Origin: an uncultured Bacteriovoracaceae bacterium
Lineage (GTDB): Bacteria > Bdellovibrionota > UBA1018
Direction of reading: 5' to 3'
DNA length: 41,450 bases
Assembly: GCA_964404365.1 (NCBI GenBank)
Contig: CAYOJT010000001.1
Location: 1-41,450 of the forward strand
In this document: piece after piece, positions 32,833 through 41,450 of the stretch
How positions within the stretch are numbered: position 1 is the first letter of the stretch
Layout of the letters: the number at the start of each line of letters is the position of its first letter
The notes under the pieces: model-generated
The model's database searches: none
Seen by the model: the letters and a program-made list of their open reading frames with translations, nothing else
What the model was told of the DNA's origin: nothing
Translations under genes and position numbers: made by a program

Positions 32833-35800
32833 TTAGTGTAATTCGATCGAAACCATCTTCGACACGCCCGGTTCTTCCATCGTCACGCCGTAGAGCGTGT
32901 CGTTCAGTTCCATCGTTTTCTTGTTGTGCGTGATGATGATGAATTGGGACTTCGTCGACATCTCACGAAGGAGCGCGTTGAATTTCCCGATGTTTGCGTC
33001 GTCAAGCGGCGCATCGACCTCGTCCAGAATACAGAACGGAGATGGCTTCACCATGAAGATCGCGAAAATGAGCGATACGGCGGTGAGAGCTTTCTCTCCC
33101 CCGGAGAGAAGACCGATATTGACGATCTTTTTCCCTGGAGGCTGAGCGAGGATGTCGACTCCCGCTTCTAAAATGTCGGTCACACCTTCTGGATAAACGA
33201 GCGAAAGTTTCGCCTGACCGCCACCAAAAATGATTGGGAAGAGGCGCTCGAAACGATCTGCGATCGCTTCGAAAGCTTTTTGGAAACGTTCGACCGAAGT
33301 CTTGTTGATGTGCTCAATCGCTTGATTGAGGTCATCCATGGACTTCAGAAGGTCGTTTTTCTCGCTCATGAGGTAATCGAAACGCTTTTTCTTCTCGTCG
33401 TATTCTTCGACAGCGGTTGGGTTTACATCACCCAAACGTCTGATTTTTTCACGAAGGCGTTCAACTTCTTCCGCTAGGATCTTCTCCTCTTCCGCAGACA
33501 TTTCGTGAGTAACGACCGGATCGTTCATCTCTTCTTGAATTGGAGAAACGGAAGGAGCGTCCAAGCAGCCTGGGCCGTATTTCTCTTCCAGGTTCTGGAG
33601 GAGGTGAGAAAGTTCTGCGGTCATGCGCTCGATATCGAGCGAGAACTGAGTTGCCGCGGCCGTCTTTTCATCGCCAGCCGAGTGAAGTTCTTTAATTCGA
33701 TCCATCGCGCCGTTTACTTTTGCAGAAACGGTCTCAAGACGGTCGCGCATTCCTGCGAATGCTTCACGTTTTTCTGAAAGCGCGCGGGTGAGTTCTTCGA
33801 TGCGAACAACGAATTCGCTGTCTCCACCGGAATGTTCTTCGTTTTCAGCGCGAGCACGCTCTAACTGGCGCTCGACATCCGAGAGGCGACGCTCACGATC
33901 GCGAATGAGGTTCATTCCCGCTTCAAGTTCGCGGTGAATCGAACCTGCGCGCTCTTTTAAGCCCGCTTCCGTTATTTTAAGAGCGTTAAATTCTTCTTCC
34001 ATTCCGCGGAGCGACATCTCGAGTTGCGCGAGGTCTTGTTCAGAGGAGCGAATTTTAGACTCAAGTTCGGCCTTCGCGGTTTGAAGCGCGGAAAGTTGTT
34101 CAAGAGTCGACTGACGCTCATGGATGGAGTTTTCTTCTTCGGACTTCATCTCTGCGAGTTCGTACTCTTCGAGTTCGAGCGCAGATTTCGCTTCATTCAA
34201 TGAGCGCGCGGTTGTTTGAACGTCGCGCTCGCAGGTTGCGGAGAGGATTTCAGCCGCATGGAGTTCGATTTTAAGAGCCGAAAGGTTCGCATCCATCATC
34301 TCGAGTTGAGAAGAGAGATTTTGAACGAGAGTTTCATGTTCTTTGTTCGCGATTTCAGCTTTTTCTACAAGCGCTTTCATCTCTGCGATCACGCGTTTGC
34401 GACCGAGGAGGGAAGCAGAGTTGTCGGATTGAGTTGCGCCGCCTTTCAGCGACCCATCTTGAGCGAAAACTTCGCCGTTTTTCGAAACGATGGAGAATCC
34501 GCCGAGAGACTGAATTCCGCCGTTTTGGATGAGGCTCGGGATCGCGTCGAAGTTTTCAACCACAAGCGCGTTCGAGAGGAGGCTCATCGCAGCTGAGCGC
34601 CCCGAGGAACCGAGCTTGTCGTTTACCTGAACGAAATCGGAAAGCGTTCCGACGACAGAGAAACCCGAAGCGGCGAGTTTTGATTTCGCGCTCGATGCGT
34701 CCATGGCGCCCAGCGTGTTCGAGCTGACGTAGATCGTCGCGCGACCTTGTCCGCCGTTTGACAGTTCGCGGAGAGCTTCAAGAGCAAATGCAGCGTCGTC
34801 CGAGGTCAGGTTTTCGAGTTTCCCTTCCAACCAACCTTCTACGGCTTTCTCGAAACCCGCTTGAATATCGAGTCCATCTGCAAGGGCTTTTAGGCTGCCA
34901 TCGCGGCCATTGTTTTTTGCCCAATCCAGTACGGATTTAGGTCCATCGCCGAATCCTTCGAATGCAGCGTCGAGTTCTTCGAGAGAGGAAAGACGTGACT
35001 TCATTTTCAGAAGTTCGTGTGAGGATTCTTCGAAGGCGCGCTTTTCAGCTTTCGTTTCTTGGTCTTTGCTTTCAAAAGTGGCCGAGAGCTCTTTGCACTC
35101 CGATTGAAGTGAAGATTTCTTCGACGAAGCCGCAGCGAATGCGCTTTGGGCGCGTTCCGCTTCTTGTGCGACAAGCGCGACTTTCTCTTGAAGAGAAATG
35201 ATCTGTTGATTCAAGCGCTCGACTTGAGCATGTGCGGACTCGGCTTTGGATGCGAGACCGGCCGCGCGTGAATTTAAGTCGGAATCGCGAGCAATAGACG
35301 CCATGAGTTCGCGCTTCAAAGTATCGACCGATTTACGTGCCGATTCGGTTTCAGAGCGAACGGAACGAAGCGCTTCTTCTTTAAGGGAGGCGCGTTCTTT
35401 TGCTGCCTCGAAGTCAGAGCTCGCGCTTGCGCTCTCAGATTCAAGACTCGAAATCTTCGACTTCTCATTTTCGATCGCAGCGCGAAGATCTACACGCTCG
35501 GACTCGAAGGTTTCCACCTGAGTTTGAAGGTCGAGCTGGCGGCGCTTCGAAAGATCGAGAGCCGACTGAGTGCGAGTCAGCTCGCCCGACATTTCGTTGA
35601 TCGCGTTTTGATAGTCTTCAGCCTGTTTCGAGAGTGTGAGTTGCTCGATACGGTCAGATTCGATCGAAAGTTCCGCGGTGGAAAGCTCTGCGCGGAGACC
35701 TGCGATTTCTTGTTCTAATGTTTCACGCTGAGAACGAGCGCTTTCTAGTTTTTCGCGCAAAACCTTATTTTTCCTTCGTCCCCAAGTCATTTCTTTATCG

Positions 35801-36510
35801 AGGAGTTCGGCTTTGAAGGTTTTGTACTGAGCGGCTTTATGCGCCTGACGCTCGAGAGAGTTCACGGAGCGTTCGATTTCGGCGATCACGTCGTTGAGGC
35901 GTGCGAGGTTTGCCGTCGCGCTTTCTAATTTTCTGAGAGATTCCTGTTTACGCTTTTTATATTTCGCAATACCAGCCGCTTCTTCGATCAGTGTGCGGCG
36001 ATCTTCGGGTTTAGCGTTAACGATTTTCTGGATCTCGCCCTGGGCAATGATGGAGTAGCCTTTTGCGCCGACCCCGGTATCCAAGAAAAGTTCATGAATG
36101 TCTTTCAAGCGAGCGGGAACACCATTGATGAGGTATTCGCCTTCGCCTGTGCGGTACACGCGGCGGGTGACGGAAACTTCTTTTGCTCTTAAGTGAATCG
36201 GAACGTCTTTTACGGTCGCGCCAGCAGGTGCGTTTTCGGTGTCTGGAGCGTCGGTCTCCATGACGAGAGTCGCTTCAGCGAGAGCGAGGGGTTGGTACTT
36301 GGAGGAGCCATTGAAAATGAGGTCGGCCGAGCCGCCTGCGCGGATGTGTTTATGAGACTGTTCACCCATGACCCAAAAGAACGCGTCGACGATATTAGAC
36401 TTACCGCACCCGTTGGGTCCGACAATCCCCGTAATATCGTGATCGAAGTGGATCACTGTTTTGTCTTTGAATGATTTAAAACCTTGTACTTCCAACCGCT
36501 TAACGCGCAT
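32833..36510 (-). CDS. smc: chromosome partition protein Smc
   Basis: 1,225-aa ORF with Walker A GPNGCGKSN. It has long coiled-coil arms around a central hinge (GGFSIVSKNGEVF...). C-terminal signature LSGGEKALTAVSLIFAIF and Walker B FCILDEVDAPLD. Confidence 0.96.
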   Translation of the reverse strand: MRVKRLEVQGFKSFKDKTVIHFDHDITGIVGPNGCGKSNIVDAFFWVMGEQSHKHIRAGGSADLIFNGSSKYQPLALAEATLVMETDAPDTENAPAGATVKDVPIHLRAKEVSVTRRVYRTGEGEYLINGVPARLKDIHELFLDTGVGAKGYSIIAQGEIQKIVNAKPEDRRTLIEEAAGIAKYKKRKQESLRKLESATANLARLNDVIAEIERSVNSLERQAHKAAQYKTFKAELLDKEMTWGRRKNKVLREKLESARSQRETLEQEIAGLRAELSTAELSIESDRIEQLTLSKQAEDYQNAINEMSGELTRTQSALDLSKRRQLDLQTQVETFESERVDLRAAIENEKSKISSLESESASASSDFEAAKERASLKEEALRSVRSETESARKSVDTLKRELMASIARDSDLNSRAAGLASKAESAHAQVERLNQQIISLQEKVALVAQEAERAQSAFAAASSKKSSLQSECKELSATFESKDQETKAEKRAFEESSHELLKMKSRLSSLEELDAAFEGFGDGPKSVLDWAKNNGRDGSLKALADGLDIQAGFEKAVEGWLEGKLENLTSDDAAFALEALRELSNGGQGRATIYVSSNTLGAMDASSAKSKLAASGFSVVGTLSDFVQVNDKLGSSGRSAAMSLLSNALVVENFDAIPSLIQNGGIQSLGGFSIVSKNGEVFAQDGSLKGGATQSDNSASLLGRKRVIAEMKALVEKAEIANKEHETLVQNLSSQLEMMDANLSALKIELHAAEILSATCERDVQTTARSLNEAKSALELEEYELAEMKSEEENSIHERQSTLEQLSALQTAKAELESKIRSSEQDLAQLEMSLRGMEEEFNALKITEAGLKERAGSIHRELEAGMNLIRDRERRLSDVERQLERARAENEEHSGGDSEFVVRIEELTRALSEKREAFAGMRDRLETVSAKVNGAMDRIKELHSAGDEKTAAATQFSLDIERMTAELSHLLQNLEEKYGPGCLDAPSVSPIQEEMNDPVVTHEMSAEEEKILAEEVERLREKIRRLGDVNPTAVEEYDEKKKRFDYLMSEKNDLLKSMDDLNQAIEHINKTSVERFQKAFEAIADRFERLFPIIFGGGQAKLSLVYPEGVTDILEAGVDILAQPPGKKIVNIGLLSGGEKALTAVSLIFAIFMVKPSPFCILDEVDAPLDDANIGKFNALLREMSTKSQFIIITHNKKTMELNDTLYGVTMEEPGVSKMVSIELH

Positions 36511-36701
36511 CTATATGGCCCCTCAAAGAATACAAGTCTGGTTGGATTTAACGTATCAAATGAGAGGCAAAAGGCAAGGAAACGTGTCGGGATTTTGGCG
36601 GTGCTCAGTGAAGGATAAAATTTAAAATTTCGCGCCGCATAAAATAGAAGTTCTTCCTTTGATTTCGTGCAGTTCGTCCGCACTTTCGCCGAAGAGAACT
36701 C

Positions 36702-39700
36702 ATGCGAATTCGTTTCGTAGATGGGGTCGTGTCACTTGCACTTGTGCTCACACAGGTGAGTGGCGCAGTTGCGAGTGGTGGGGGAGGTACTCCTTCTCCA
36801 GCTCCGAAAGTTCCCATGACGAGTTCTGGTTTAACTTACGCGGTTCGTTTTGCGCGTATGAATCCGAAAGTCACCGTCGACCAGAAAAAGGCAGTCGCTC
36901 AGAAGGCGTTTGAGTTTATTCGCGAAAGAGTGGCCAAGAACTTAGATCTTAAATCCCCCGAAGATCTTTATCGTGAGTTCGCAACTCACCCTGATCTGAT
37001 GAAGGGCTGGAACAAAACGAGCGATGGTAAACGGATTAAAGATCCGGATTTGGGTGAACTCGTTTCCGAGTTCAATTTGCTGATTTCACAACTGGACGTC
37101 GAAAAGACGCTTGGAAAATGTAAGGACTACAAAAGGAACTTGGGCGCGGCTCTTATGGAAGGCACCTGTTCCGTGTGCGGCTGTCGTGAAGGATTTGGTT
37201 GGGAAAATAATCTCCACTTAAGCTGGGCTGCAAAGCAAGGTCAGAAGAAAGGCAAGAGCGGCAAGAGCTCGAAAGAGCTAAAGGAACCTTCAAAACCCAA
37301 GGAGTATTCCGCTTGGATGCCCGGATTCGCATTCGGAAAGAATATTGAACAGCTCATCGGTATCTCGGATCTGGGCACCTACTTCGCGAGTAGTGCGCGC
37401 TCTGGCGATCCGTTTGCGCCTACGCTTGATGAAGTAAAAACGAAGAGACCGGATTTAAAGACGCCGGAAGATCTCGCTGCGGTCGCCATGATGGCGGAGT
37501 TTCGTGGAAACGCTTATAAGCGCGCGATGCTTTCCGGTCTGAAGAGCGAACTCGTGAACGAAATTCAATTTTCGGATAAATACCTTGGAAAATCTCAAGA
37601 CGAAATCGCCTCCCTCATCGACAAGCGCGTCGATGAAGAGGTTTCGAAGCAATGCAATCATTGTAGTCTGAGTCGTGCGATCGATCAGGACTTACGCACG
37701 AAACTCAAAAACACGATGCGCTCTGAGATTTACAGCGGATCCGCTGCGCCCTATGCGAGTCGTGATGCTGCTGCGCAGCTGTGTGGTGAATTAAAAGCAC
37801 TGAATTATGTCTTCGACACCGAATACCAAAAGCAGATGCGTGCTGCCTATTTAAGTGGGAACGGTGGAAAAGAACCGCGAGGCGGACTCCACAACACGCA
37901 GTTTTCGAATGCGGAAAATGCACAAGCGCCCGTGAAGCTTAGACTCGATCGCGAGCGCCGGAAAGTTCTCAGTACCGTTATCAATTCCTCTCAAACGGGA
38001 AAACTCATGCTGACTAAGGCGATGACTTGGTTGGATGGAAATAATGCCGGAAACACGCGCCTTAAGTGTACTCCCGGTTCCGAGAAGGAAGATGCAGAAC
38101 TTATCGTAAAAGCGGAAGCAGAGGCAGTAGAGGCCGGCAATAAATTTACAAAAAAGTTGAACGACAACGTTCACCCTAACGACTACTCCCTCAAGACTTT
38201 CAACGAAGACTTAATAACACTTCTTAAAATCTCACCGCACCCATTTGGCGAGGCAGTCATGCTTTCCTCATCGCCCGGGCAGGCCTCGAAGTTTGCGTGC
38301 GATCTCATTCAGGTGGTCAGCGACCAGGATCTTGCTGACGCCTATTTAGATGATGCGATTCTTTGGGGTACGGTGGGTTTGACGGTCTTGTCTTTAGGTA
38401 CCCTTTCGCCACTCTCGATGGCCGGTCTCGCTGTGAACGCAACCATCGGTGTAGCTTCGGCTACAGGATCTCTGATTCACTCGAATATCGCATACACGAA
38501 TGCGGCGAATTACAGGACTTGGTCGATCGCGCAGGATTTCGATCCTTATCTCAGGAACTTCAGTCAAAAGGAATATGAACGCTACCAATCGCTTCAAACG
38601 ATGGCCGTGATCGGTTACGGGTTTACCGTTTTAGATTTAAATTCGATCGTCATGAAAGCGATCAAGAGCGGTAAAACGACGAGCGAGGCCCTCGCCGAAG
38701 CGGAAAATCTACTCCGTTCGCCGCCTGAAAAAATCTACACCGAGGTATTAACCACAGATGCTGAGGTTGTCCTCGGTGGTGGAAAGACGGTCTCTAAGAG
38801 TCAGGGTAAGGCACTCTATAAAGCGGCCCAAGTCGACATCGAAAGCGCGAAAACCGTCCTCAAGGATGCCGGGTTCGCGGATAAAGAAGTAGAGTTACTT
38901 CTCGCGCGCCGGATTAAAGAAGAAGCGAAAGTTATTGTTGAAAAACCGACTGTAAAAGAACTGGATGGAGTGGTTGTCACTGGGACCAAACGGAAGCCAG
39001 TGACCGGGACGCGGACCGAGTTTGGTCCTGGGCTACAGCGAGATCTCTTTAAACCTGGAGAGTTCGACGAGATTCTTAAGACCAAAGGTGTTGTCGGCCT
39101 TCAAGAAGAGTTAGAAAAAATTGGACTTAAAACTAAGAAGGTGGTTCTAGAACGTGAGGTCGAGGTGCAGGGTGAAATTGTCACACGCAAGTATGACGCT
39201 TTGATGCTTGATCCAGCGTTGTTGTCAGAGTCGAACGTCACTACGAATCATCTCGTTAACTATTTGAGACGTGCTCAACAACGTGCGGGCTCAAATGCAC
39301 CTGGAGTTGATGTAATTTTTCGACTTGATGACTTCGGAATCAAAGAGCTCGGTGATTTCTCACAAATAGGAAAGGTGAAAGAAGCTACATTCAGCAAACA
39401 AGTTTTTGAAGAATACTTGAGAACGGGTGATGCGGGCCCAATCATCAAGCACGAATACCGCCATTATCTTTTGTACAATAAAGCGGGTGTCAGTGACGAT
39501 CTCCAGATTATTTTTGAAGGCATGTCAGTTTCTGGCTACGAAGACCGTTTGGTCATGCATGAATACTACAACTATCATCGCCAGGTGTGGGAAGAGTTCG
39601 CTACCGCAGATATGCGAAGTGCACGTTCGAAAATATTTTCGAAACTCGATGAAAAAAGTGTCTTAACCAAGTCCGACCTTACAGAACTTGTAAAGGATAA

Positions 39701-41150
39701 TGGACGCCTGAATGCGGCAGCCCGAAGGAGTAAACAAGCGGGAGCGACTGCGACTGAGATGAATGAAAATATCATTAGCTTTGTCCAAGAGTTTACAAAG
39801 ATTAAGTCCGGACTCAGCACAGAAACGGCGATTATTACGCCATCGCAGTATGGGGTGACCGTTGAGGCTAAAGTAAATGGAAAATGGGTAACTGCGGATG
39901 TTCCGTGTAAATCATGTGAGCTACTCACCGATGATCTCACTGGGCCGGCACGGACTGCAATCGAACAGCAGGTAAAAGAAGAAGTGGGGAAAAGTTTCGA
40001 GAATCTCTACAGCCGTGCGATCAAAGAGCGAGAGCTCTTCGCGGAACTGAAAGCAGTTGAGAACAAGATTGAATTCCAGATTTTTAGTGAAACCCCAGTG
40101 AATTCGAAGGAGCTCAAGGAGCTTTATCTTAGACAGGAAAAATTACGCCAACAGATATCTAGAGAGGTGGGCGTCGACGGAAAAAATACCCAAAACTTCG
40201 TCCGTCCATCTACCGGTCAATCCCGCATCACAACTCAGACCCGCGATCGCGCCTACGGAAATACCGAAGGCATCGGAAAAGTGGATTTCTCAGGAAATAA
40301 AAAGTACCTGGGCGGAACAAATATCCTAAAGACGGAGACTCAACCCGAGCGAGTGACGGCATTTCGGGATGCGTACAATCAGGGAAAAATTACGCGAGAT
40401 ATGAAAATTTCCTTCCAGTATGGAAACGGGGGCTCATGGGAAACAGCCCACATCGTCGGCTACGATAAATCAAAGGGTATTGTCCGTGTTCGAATTGGTA
40501 ATGATCCGCGAAATACGATCGTTTTGGATGAGTATCAGATCATGACGGCGAAGGAGATCCCTTACGCTCCTGGAAAATTTGAGAGTAAAGAATTCAAACT
40601 CGAACGTTTTTCGTTCGATAAAGAGCCTGAGCTTGTGGTGGAAAAAACAAACCCCGAAAGTTCGGTGAAAATTAATTCTGAAAAAAAGCATACAACCACA
40701 CCCTTAACGGTCGTCGATGTTCCAGTAAACTCGGGACCCGTCATGGCTGAAATAAAAACCGAAACTGGAATTTATAAAACTACCTTTAAACAGGAGCAAG
40801 CTTACCAGAAGTGGGTCGGCGAGACTCCGACCACACACCCTGGTGTAAGTGGATTAAATGCGACGAAATCCACCGAGAAATTTTATTATATGAATGAGAC
40901 TGAAACAGTTTATAAAAACTTGGTTTCCGTCAAATCTAACGAAGCTTTCGATTTGATAAAGGTTCGGGCGCCGGATGGAAAAATCGTAGAGTATAAGAAA
41001 CCCATCTTTCTCGAACGATCCAAATCATTTTTGAAAATCGAAGTTGATGGAGTGAAAAAGACATTTTACTGGAGAGAAGTCATGCAAATCGACGGAAAGG
41101 GTTTTAGTAGATCGTATCCTGACCCTAAGCCGTTCCAGCTTCAGCCTTAA
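36702..41150 (+). CDS. giant orphan protein (1,482 aa): signal peptide, central hydrophobic hairpin, candidate HExxH motif, beta-rich C-terminus
   Basis: Signal peptide VVSLALVLTQVSGAVA|SGGGG. Cys motifs CSVCGC (~37164-37190) and CNHC. Hydrophobic segments at aa 552-592 (nt 38355-38477) and aa 631-651 (nt 38592-38654). HEYRH at aa 917-921 (nt 39450-39464), followed by MHEYYNYH (aa 952-959). No family recognised by eye. It is divergent from smc. Confidence 0.7.
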   Translation: MRIRFVDGVVSLALVLTQVSGAVASGGGGTPSPAPKVPMTSSGLTYAVRFARMNPKVTVDQKKAVAQKAFEFIRERVAKNLDLKSPEDLYREFATHPDLMKGWNKTSDGKRIKDPDLGELVSEFNLLISQLDVEKTLGKCKDYKRNLGAALMEGTCSVCGCREGFGWENNLHLSWAAKQGQKKGKSGKSSKELKEPSKPKEYSAWMPGFAFGKNIEQLIGISDLGTYFASSARSGDPFAPTLDEVKTKRPDLKTPEDLAAVAMMAEFRGNAYKRAMLSGLKSELVNEIQFSDKYLGKSQDEIASLIDKRVDEEVSKQCNHCSLSRAIDQDLRTKLKNTMRSEIYSGSAAPYASRDAAAQLCGELKALNYVFDTEYQKQMRAAYLSGNGGKEPRGGLHNTQFSNAENAQAPVKLRLDRERRKVLSTVINSSQTGKLMLTKAMTWLDGNNAGNTRLKCTPGSEKEDAELIVKAEAEAVEAGNKFTKKLNDNVHPNDYSLKTFNEDLITLLKISPHPFGEAVMLSSSPGQASKFACDLIQVVSDQDLADAYLDDAILWGTVGLTVLSLGTLSPLSMAGLAVNATIGVASATGSLIHSNIAYTNAANYRTWSIAQDFDPYLRNFSQKEYERYQSLQTMAVIGYGFTVLDLNSIVMKAIKSGKTTSEALAEAENLLRSPPEKIYTEVLTTDAEVVLGGGKTVSKSQGKALYKAAQVDIESAKTVLKDAGFADKEVELLLARRIKEEAKVIVEKPTVKELDGVVVTGTKRKPVTGTRTEFGPGLQRDLFKPGEFDEILKTKGVVGLQEELEKIGLKTKKVVLEREVEVQGEIVTRKYDALMLDPALLSESNVTTNHLVNYLRRAQQRAGSNAPGVDVIFRLDDFGIKELGDFSQIGKVKEATFSKQVFEEYLRTGDAGPIIKHEYRHYLLYNKAGVSDDLQIIFEGMSVSGYEDRLVMHEYYNYHRQVWEEFATADMRSARSKIFSKLDEKSVLTKSDLTELVKDNGRLNAAARRSKQAGATATEMNENIISFVQEFTKIKSGLSTETAIITPSQYGVTVEAKVNGKWVTADVPCKSCELLTDDLTGPARTAIEQQVKEEVGKSFENLYSRAIKERELFAELKAVENKIEFQIFSETPVNSKELKELYLRQEKLRQQISREVGVDGKNTQNFVRPSTGQSRITTQTRDRAYGNTEGIGKVDFSGNKKYLGGTNILKTETQPERVTAFRDAYNQGKITRDMKISFQYGNGGSWETAHIVGYDKSKGIVRVRIGNDPRNTIVLDEYQIMTAKEIPYAPGKFESKEFKLERFSFDKEPELVVEKTNPESSVKINSEKKHTTTPLTVVDVPVNSGPVMAEIKTETGIYKTTFKQEQAYQKWVGETPTTHPGVSGLNATKSTEKFYYMNETETVYKNLVSVKSNEAFDLIKVRAPDGKIVEYKKPIFLERSKSFLKIEVDGVKKTFYWREVMQIDGKGFSRSYPDPKPFQLQP

Positions 41151-41450
41151 TTCGCGGTTTTTCCCGGTAACCGCTTTCGAAGCAGCATCAGATTCGTCGT
41201 AGGAAGGCGAAAGCGCTTCCCCATCTCGATGATCTGATCGACGCCCTCATGCATTTGCTTTTCAACTTTGGTGAAATGGACTCGGAAGAAGGACTCGGTA
41301 TCGAGAGGAGAAATCAGTGAAAAGATCCGCCAAGCGAGTCGAATAAACCAGGGCCTGAAAACGAGTTTCGCGCCAAGCGATTCGCCGGGATTCGGAATTT
41401 TTCGATCATGCGCTAAAATGGGGAGTGTCTCATGAGCCGCATCACAAACG
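41147..41450 (-). CDS. hypothetical protein, C-terminal ~100 codons (5' end outside the window)
   Basis: This gene is absent from the ORF track. The minus-strand frame stays open from the window edge to TAA (41149-41147): ...HETLPILAHDRKIPNPGESLGAKLVFRPWFIRLAWRIFSLISPLDTESFFRVHFTKVEKQMHEGVDQIIEMGKRFRLPTTNLMLLRKRLPGKTAN*. The other two minus frames contain stops. No family recognised. Confidence 0.4.
   Translation of the reverse strand, partial: VCDAAHETLPILAHDRKIPNPGESLGAKLVFRPWFIRLAWRIFSLISPLDTESFFRVHFTKVEKQMHEGVDQIIEMGKRFRLPTTNLMLLRKRLPGKTAN

Noticed and set aside
1-41450. Search by eye for CRISPR arrays, tRNA/rRNA genes, IS elements or transposases, integrases, phage modules, toxin-antitoxin pairs and known defence-system genes
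   Set aside because: None found. Intergenic space is small (the largest gaps are about 243, 190, 191 and 174 bp), contains no spaced direct repeats or cloverleaf-like sequences, and no ORF shows DDE/HUH/tyrosine-recombinase, nuclease-helicase or phage structural motifs.

Overview
This 41.45-kb window is a densely coded chromosomal segment of a diderm (Gram-negative) bacterium. LptF/G, LolA and an outer-membrane barrel are all encoded here. G+C is roughly 50% by eye. I support 34 protein-coding genes. Two run off the window edges and are absent from the ORF track; I recovered them by hand translation. I found no rRNA, tRNA, CRISPR array, transposase, integrase or prophage hallmark.

Most genes are housekeeping:
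- pyrC-pyrB, lepA plus a lepB-like gene, and an RlmD-type methyltransferase
- a PilF/W-like TPR lipoprotein followed by rodZ
- an lptF/G-family permease divergent from pepA, then asnS and trmL
- split transketolase and a Zn-dependent dehydrogenase
- an MFS pump and a queG-rhodanese-rimO cluster
- yajQ, lolA, an S51 cyanophycinase-like peptidase and smc

The PilF/W-rodZ and pepA/lptFG syntenies are proteobacterial-like. The many secreted hydrolases would fit a predatory Bdellovibrio-like lineage, but I cannot verify taxonomy without a search.

The non-ordinary content, in order of interest:
1. Two giant signal-peptide ORFs make up about 23% of the window. One (1,677 aa) carries an N-terminal M48-like HExxH protease module and a C-terminal ABC1/UbiB-like atypical-kinase module, separated by about 950 aa of unassignable sequence. 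The other (1,482 aa) is an orphan with a central hydrophobic hairpin and a candidate HExxH...HE zincin motif.
2. The lepA-linked signal peptidase I homolog has Ala at the nucleophile-Ser position and a degenerate box E.
3. A DUF962(Mpo1-like)-LolA-like-beta-barrel operon lies divergent from a cNMP-binding protein.
4. A cluster of same-orientation DnaA-box-like 9-mers sits in a promoterless convergent intergenic region.

All domain calls come from motif recognition by eye, not from database searches.
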